NCBI GenBank assembly: GCA_032128115.1
Contig: JAQBHB010000040.1
Span: 130,140 to 194,139, forward strand
Source of the DNA: Deltaproteobacteria bacterium
GTDB taxonomy: Bacteria; Myxococcota_A; UBA9160; SMWR01
Direction: 5' to 3'
DNA: 64,000 bases
The first letter of the stretch is position 1. Every line of letters starts with the position of its first letter. Below the pieces are notes generated by a model. It worked only from the letters and a program-made list of their open reading frames with translations, did no database searches and was not told the DNA's origin. Position numbers and translations under genes: made by a program. Of the stretch, positions 58,932 to 64,000 are shown piece by piece.

Positions 58932-58951
58932 GGCTGGCCTCGTGGGGGCGC

Positions 58952-60502
58952 CTAGATGGCGCGCTCCAGACCCTCCCAATGGGGATCCCGCAGCTTGCGC
59001 TTGTAGAGCTTGCCGTTGGGATCGCGCGGCATCTCGGTCGTGAAGTCGAGGCTGCGCGGCGTCTTGTATCTGGCGAGCTTGTCGCTGCAGAAGGCGAGGA
59101 TCTCCGCGGCCAGGGCGTCGCCAGGCTCGGCGCCCTCCACCGGCTCGATCACCGCCTTCACCTCCTCGCCCCAATCGTCGTGGGGAATTCCGAAGACCGC
59201 GGCATCCGCCACCTTCGGGTGGGTGAGCAGCACGCTCTCGATCTCGGCCGGGTAGATGTTGACGCCGCCCGAGATGATCATGTCCGACTTGCGATCGCAC
59301 AGGAAGAGATAGTCGTCGGCGTTCAGGTAGCCGATGTCGCCCACCGTGAAGAATCCCTCACGGCGGTTTTCCTGGGTCTTCAGGGCGTCGTCCTTGTACT
59401 CGAAGTCGGCCTGGCCGAGCTTGATGTAGACGGTTCCGGGCTGGTCGGCGGGACAATCCACGCCGTCGTCGTCGAGGATTCGGATCTCCGAACTGGTCCA
59501 GGCCCGGCCCACGGTGCCGGGAAACTTCCGCCACTCTTCGGGGCTCACCACCGTGCCACCGCCCTCGGTAGCGGCGTAGTATTCGTAGATGGTGTCTCCC
59601 CACCAGTCGAGCATCTTCAGCTTGGTCTCGACGGGGCAGGGTGCCGCCGCGTGCACCATGCACCGGCACGACGACATGTCGTAGCGGCTGCGCACCTGCT
59701 CGGGCAGACCCAAGAGCCGATGGAACTGGGTGGGTACCATGTGGCTGGTGGTCACGCGGTATTTCTCGATCAGCTGGAGCATCTCCTCCGGCGACCACTT
59801 GTCCATGAGCACCACCGGGTGGCCCATGTGCATCGAGGAGCTGGCGAACACCAGCACCGCCGTGTGGTACAGGGGAGAGCCGCAGATGTGGACGTTGCCG
59901 TCTTCGGACTTCACGCCGAACAGGCCCAGGAATCCGGTCATGAGCGAGGCCATCGTGTCCGGATCCAGGGGCGCGAGTCCGCGGCGCACGCCCTTGGGGC
60001 GGCCCGTGGTGCCGGAGGTGTAGTTCATCACCTGACCCGCGGCGCGATCCTCGGGCAACGATTCGGGCTGGCCCGCCTTGAGTTGTTCGAACGGTCGGAA
60101 ACCCGGCACGCTGCCCACGGCGAAGCGCGCGTTCTCGGGCAGGTCGATTGCGGCGGCGGCCCGGGTGCAGGCGTCGGCAAAACGCCCGTGCGCGACGAAC
60201 GCCTTGGCGCCGCTGTCCTGCACGATGTAAGCGATCTCGGGTCCGGTGAGGTGATGGTTGATGGGCGTCATGTACCAGCCGGCCTGCACCACAGCCAGGT
60301 AGAGCTCGATCATCTCCACCTCGTTGGGAAGCACCACGGCGACGCAGTCGCCCTTTTCGAGACCCAGGGCGCGCAGGCCGTGCACGATCTGGTTGCACGC
60401 GGCCAGCAGCTCGCCGCGCTTCCACTCGCGGCCGTCGGAGGTGGCGAGGGCCAGGGGGTCCGGGTCGTTCTGTGCGAAATTCCAGAATCCAAGCTGGGAC
60501 AT
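58952..60502 (-). CDS. Acyl-CoA synthetase (probably steroid/fatty-acyl)
   Basis: YTSGTTGRPKG, YYAATEG, GDIG, DRKSDMIISGGVNIYP, GKLYK. Confidence 0.92.
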   Translation of the reverse strand: MSQLGFWNFAQNDPDPLALATSDGREWKRGELLAACNQIVHGLRALGLEKGDCVAVVLPNEVEMIELYLAVVQAGWYMTPINHHLTGPEIAYIVQDSGAKAFVAHGRFADACTRAAAAIDLPENARFAVGSVPGFRPFEQLKAGQPESLPEDRAAGQVMNYTSGTTGRPKGVRRGLAPLDPDTMASLMTGFLGLFGVKSEDGNVHICGSPLYHTAVLVFASSSMHMGHPVVLMDKWSPEEMLQLIEKYRVTTSHMVPTQFHRLLGLPEQVRSRYDMSSCRCMVHAAAPCPVETKLKMLDWWGDTIYEYYAATEGGGTVVSPEEWRKFPGTVGRAWTSSEIRILDDDGVDCPADQPGTVYIKLGQADFEYKDDALKTQENRREGFFTVGDIGYLNADDYLFLCDRKSDMIISGGVNIYPAEIESVLLTHPKVADAAVFGIPHDDWGEEVKAVIEPVEGAEPGDALAAEILAFCSDKLARYKTPRSLDFTTEMPRDPNGKLYKRKLRDPHWEGLERAI

Positions 60503-60564
60503 GGGGGGCTCCTCGGGGCGCGTGGCGGGCGCGGCGGCACCGCGCGATGTAATCTGCGCCCGAG

Positions 60565-60578
60565 TAGAACACGTTTCA
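60565..60578. promoter_or_regulatory. KstR-type operator
   Basis: TAGAACACGTTTCA between the divergent CoA ligase and echA19 genes. Confidence 0.85.
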
Positions 60579-60615
60579 GTCGGGCTCGCAACGATTCGGG
60601 CCCCCCGGAGGCCCC

Positions 60616-61419
60616 GTGAGCGAGCAAGCCCCCCATCTGCTGACCGAGCGCGAGGGCCCGGTCCTGATCGTCACCCTGAACCGACCCGAAAAGCGCAACG
60701 CGCTGAGCGCCGAGATGCTCGCCGGCATGCACGACGCGTGGATCGAACTCAGCGAAGATCCGGAGCTGCGCGTGGGGATCGTGACCGGCGCGGGCGGCCA
60801 CTTCTGCGCCGGGGCGGATCTCGAGGCCATGGCCGGTGGTGGCGCCGGAAGTGCCGAGGCGGTGGAGCGCATCCGCAGCGAGACGGACCTGGCCTGGAAG
60901 GCGCTGCTCCGACACTATCGGCCCACGAAGCCGCTGATCGCCGCCGTCGAGGGCTATGCCGTGGCCGGCGGCACCGAGATCCTGCAGGCCGTGGAGATCC
61001 GCGTCGCCGCCGAGACGGCGACGTTCGGCGTAGCCGAGGTGCGTCGCGGACTGTTTCCGTTGGGGGGCTCGACGGTGCGCTTGCGGCGCCAGATTCCCTT
61101 CACGGTGGCGGCCGACATGCTGCTCACCGGCCGCTTCGTCTCGGCCGCGGAAGCCAAGCAGATCGGCCTGATCGGACACGTGGTGCCCGAGGGCCAGGCG
61201 CTCGCGCGGGCCCGCGAGATCGCGGCCCAGATCGCCGAGAACGGGCCGCTGGCGGTGCAGGCGGTGCTGCGGTCGCTGCGCGAGACCGAGGGACTCTCGG
61301 AGGTCGACGGTCTCGCCCGCGAACTCGAGATCGGTCAGCCCATCTTTGGCACGAAGGACGCCGCCGAGGGGCCCCGCGCCTTCATGGAGAAGCGCAAGCC
61401 GGCCTTTCAGGGAAAATAA
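60616..61419 (+). CDS. echA19: Steroid enoyl-CoA hydratase (EchA19-like)
   Basis: KPLIAAVEG.A.AGGTEILQ, GGSTVRL.RQIP, GLIGHVVP.GQAL, NGPLAVQA. Confidence 0.85.
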   Translation: MSEQAPHLLTEREGPVLIVTLNRPEKRNALSAEMLAGMHDAWIELSEDPELRVGIVTGAGGHFCAGADLEAMAGGGAGSAEAVERIRSETDLAWKALLRHYRPTKPLIAAVEGYAVAGGTEILQAVEIRVAAETATFGVAEVRRGLFPLGGSTVRLRRQIPFTVAADMLLTGRFVSAAEAKQIGLIGHVVPEGQALARAREIAAQIAENGPLAVQAVLRSLRETEGLSEVDGLARELEIGQPIFGTKDAAEGPRAFMEKRKPAFQGK

Positions 61420-61486
61420 GACCGGCCTTTCAGGGAAAATAAGATTCAGGGAAAATAAGAAACAGGAAGCAGGGAAAACAGGAAAC
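61399..61486. repeat. Decaying tandem repeat of the echA19 3' end
   Basis: CCGGCCTTTCAGGGAAAATAAGA twice (61399-61444), then TTCAGGGAAAATAAGA and shorter CAGG(G)AAA copies. Confidence 0.85.
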
Positions 61487-61515
61487 GCGCGCTTGCGGAA
61501 GCCGGCGGCGGGGGC

Positions 61516-62673
61516 CTAGCGCGGCTCGCTTCCCACCACCCACGTGGAGAAGTATTGCGAGCCGCCGCCGTAGGCGTGGCCCAGGGCCCGGCGGGCGCCC
61601 TCGACCTGGTGTTCGCCGGCCAGGCCGCGCACCTGATTGGCCGCTTCGGCGAAGCGCAGCATGCCCGAGGCTCCGATGGGGTTCGAGGACAACACACCGC
61701 CCGACATGTTGACCGGCAGGTCACCGTCCAGGGCGGTGGCGCCCTCGTAGGTCATCTTCCAACCCTCCCCTTCCGGTGCGAATCCCAGGTTCTCCATCCA
61801 CATGGGCTCGAACCAGCTGAAGGGCACGTAGATCTCGGCGCAGTCGATCTCCGCGCGCGGATCCGTGATGCCGGCCTTGGCGTAGAGCTCCCGGGCACAG
61901 TCCTTCCCGGCCTGGGGATTCACCTGGTCGCGGCCCGCAAACTGGGTGGGCTCGGTGCGCATGGCGGTGGCGTGGATCCAAGCGGGCGGGCGGGGTGTCT
62001 TCTTCGCCGCCGATTCGCTGCAGAGCACCAGGGCGCAGGCTCCGTCCGACGAGGGGCAGGTTTCCAGGTAGCGAATGGGATCCCAGAGCATGGGCGAGTT
62101 CGCCACCAGCTCGAAGCTGATGTCGGGGAATTTCAGGTGCGCGTAGGGATTCTTGAGGGCGTTCTGCCGGTCCTTCAGCGCCACGCGGATGCCCGTATCC
62201 TCGGGCGCCTTGGAGCGGCGCATGTAGGAGCGGATCAGCGGCGCGAAGAAGCCGCCGGCCCCGGCCACGATCGCCTGCTGGAAGGGCATGCGGATCGAGA
62301 GTGCCCACATGGCGTTGCTCTCGGACTGTTTTTCGTACGCGACCGTGAGCACCCGCTCGTGCACGCCGGCTTCCACCAGGCTCGCAGCGACGATGGCCGT
62401 GGTACCCCCGACGCTTCCCGCCGTGTGCACCCGGAGCATGGGCTTCCCGGCACCGCCCAGGGCCTCCGCCAGGAAGAGTTCGGGCATCATCACGCCCTCG
62501 AACAGGTCCGGCGCCTTGCCGATCACCACGGCATCGATGTCGCCCCAGCCCAGACCCGCGTCCTCCAGGGCGCGGGACGCCGCTTCCCGCACCAACCCCA
62601 CCTGGGATACGTCGATCCGCTTGGTGTCGTGATGGGTCTGGCCCACTCCGATGACTGCGCAGCGCTTCGCCAT
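61516..62673 (-). CDS. ltp3: Thiolase-fold steroid side-chain aldolase subunit (Ltp3-like)
   Basis: GKAPDLFEGVMMPE, RVHTAGSVGG, ETCPSSDGAC, SSNPIGASGM, GHAYGGGSQ. Confidence 0.88.
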   Translation of the reverse strand: MAKRCAVIGVGQTHHDTKRIDVSQVGLVREAASRALEDAGLGWGDIDAVVIGKAPDLFEGVMMPELFLAEALGGAGKPMLRVHTAGSVGGTTAIVAASLVEAGVHERVLTVAYEKQSESNAMWALSIRMPFQQAIVAGAGGFFAPLIRSYMRRSKAPEDTGIRVALKDRQNALKNPYAHLKFPDISFELVANSPMLWDPIRYLETCPSSDGACALVLCSESAAKKTPRPPAWIHATAMRTEPTQFAGRDQVNPQAGKDCARELYAKAGITDPRAEIDCAEIYVPFSWFEPMWMENLGFAPEGEGWKMTYEGATALDGDLPVNMSGGVLSSNPIGASGMLRFAEAANQVRGLAGEHQVEGARRALGHAYGGGSQYFSTWVVGSEPR

Positions 62674-63728
62674 CACGCGCCCTCCAGGATGCAGACCAGG
62701 TTCTGCTGCAGGCAGTGACCCTGGGTCGCGTGGGCCAGGGCGCGCCCGGCCTCGCCGCGGGAGATGCGCTGGGCGGCCTCGCCGATGCGGGCCAGCCCCG
62801 CCACCATCACGGGATTGGCGGCCAGCGGTCCACCCGAGGGGTTGATGCGAACGTCGTCGGCCAGGCCGATGGCGTCGCGCAGGATCAGCTCCTGGTGGGT
62901 GAAGGGCGCGTGGAGTTCTGCCAGGTCCAGTGCAGCCGCATGGGCACCGGCATTCTCCGCCGCCCGCTTCGTCGATGGGGACACGGTGAGGTCGCGTGCG
63001 CCCGGCTGGTGGAGATCGATGCGGTGATCGATGCCGCGGATCCACGCCGGGCGCTCGCAAACCCGCCGAGCCGTGTCGTCGGCCGCCAACACGATCGCGC
63101 AGGCGCCGTCGCTGATGGGCGGGCAGTCGTGCTTGCGCAGGGGCGAGATGAAGTGGGGCTCCGCCAGCAGTTTCTCGACCTCGAAATCACCTTTGAGCTG
63201 GGCGAACGGATTGCTCTTGGCGTCGCGCCGGCTGCGCACAGCCACCTCGGCCATCTCGCGTTCGGTGTGATGCGTGCCCTCGAGCAGGGCTCGCGCCTGC
63301 AGGGCGGCCAGGCTCACCGTATCGATCCCCAGCGGATGCAGGGTGTACGGGTCGAGTTGCATGGCCAGGGTTTCGGAGATCGTGCCCATGGACGAGCGGC
63401 CGAACGCGAAGACCAGCGCCGAGTCCGCGGCACCGCACTGGATCTTGATCCAGGCCTCGTAGAGCGCCCAGGCGCCGTCCATCTCCACGTGCGATTCGAC
63501 GATGGGCGGCCAGGCGCCGAGAGCGTCCACGGCGCCCACGAACGCGAAGGCCTGCCCGGCGATGTAGTCGGAGCTCCCCGAGCAGGTGAAGCCGATCTCG
63601 GCCTTCGGGATGCCGGACCGCTCGATCGCCTGCGCGATCACCGGCATCAGCATCTCGACTTCGTTCTTCCTTCGCTCGCGCCGCACGTACGGCGTCTGCG
63701 CAAACGAGACCACCGCGACCTCCCGCAT
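62673..63728 (-). CDS. ltp4: Thiolase-fold protein (Ltp4-like)
   Basis: CSGSSDY.AG..F.F...DA.GAWPP..ESHVEMDGAWALYEAW.KI, LAHAT.G.CLQQNLV. Confidence 0.88.
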   Translation of the reverse strand: MREVAVVSFAQTPYVRRERRKNEVEMLMPVIAQAIERSGIPKAEIGFTCSGSSDYIAGQAFAFVGAVDALGAWPPIVESHVEMDGAWALYEAWIKIQCGAADSALVFAFGRSSMGTISETLAMQLDPYTLHPLGIDTVSLAALQARALLEGTHHTEREMAEVAVRSRRDAKSNPFAQLKGDFEVEKLLAEPHFISPLRKHDCPPISDGACAIVLAADDTARRVCERPAWIRGIDHRIDLHQPGARDLTVSPSTKRAAENAGAHAAALDLAELHAPFTHQELILRDAIGLADDVRINPSGGPLAANPVMVAGLARIGEAAQRISRGEAGRALAHATQGHCLQQNLVCILEGA

Positions 63729-64000
63729 CAGAGGTGCTCCTTGAACTTCTCGAACGCGACGTCGGGCTCGCCCGTCGGCCGGAAGTGGCGGATGTTGGCG
63801 AAGGTCGGCCCCCACTCCTCGCGCGGCGCCCAGACGGCCTCGACGCGCAGGCCCATGCGGACGTCGCTCGCCTCGCAGTCGCCCACCAGCGCGAAGAAGG
63901 GGATGTCGGCGCCGTCGAGCAGGATGTGAGCGGCGACGAAGGGCAGCTTCAGGTGGATGTTCTCCGACGGCACGCGCACCACGCAGAAGGTCGTGACGGT
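63728..64000 (-). CDS. DUF35 Zn-ribbon/OB-fold protein (Rv3521-like), 3' part only
   Basis: TVTTFCVV...LDGAD.PF...VRMGLRVEAVW...FRPTGEPD; coupled to ltp4. Confidence 0.8.
   Translation of the reverse strand, partial: TVTTFCVVRVPSENIHLKLPFVAAHILLDGADIPFFALVGDCEASDVRMGLRVEAVWAPREEWGPTFANIRHFRPTGEPDVAFEKFKEHL

Noticed and set aside
58952..60502. Naming the CoA ligase fadD19
   Set aside because: The position matches fadD19, but I cannot confirm orthology from the sequence, so no symbol is given.
61399..61486. Possible CRISPR-like repeats
   Set aside because: No spacers; the copies are adjacent, decay, and duplicate the gene end; no cas genes.

Overview
High-GC, gene-dense chromosomal window, probably from a diderm Myxococcota/deltaproteobacterium-like organism. 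That placement is inferred from the sigma54 promoters, an exported c-type cytochrome, a CTERM-type sorting tail and a globin-coupled kinase. No rRNA, tRNA, CRISPR array or transposase was seen. Main blocks: (1) 0-17 kb of mixed genes (MATE, SGNH hydrolase, TetR plus a diiron ferritin-like gene, ada-alkA, EAL protein, SPFH plus a zinc-ribbon protein) and a glnE split into two translationally coupled genes. (2) About 16.6-34.2 kb is a candidate O2-sensing regulon: a globin-coupled histidine kinase, an NtrC-type sigma54 activator, seven sigma54 promoters with a shared GGGGC-N5-GCCCC-like box 38-39 nt upstream of five of them, three USPs, three CBS proteins, a hemerythrin-like protein, a tandem diiron-enzyme pair with a CxxC protein, and a monoheme cytochrome. 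(3) 34-47 kb holds envelope glycosylation genes, a transporter, a second TetR plus diiron gene, and an S8 protease. (4) 49-64 kb holds an SMPD2/ISC1-like sphingomyelinase and an actinobacterial-type sterol side-chain degradation cluster (kstR, fadE26/27, fdxD, echA19, ltp3/4) with four TnnAACnnGTTnnA operators. Also present: two pseudogenes shortened by internal deletions, a short inverted-repeat element, and repeated short tandem duplications at start and stop codons. All calls come from motif recognition by eye; no database searches were run.
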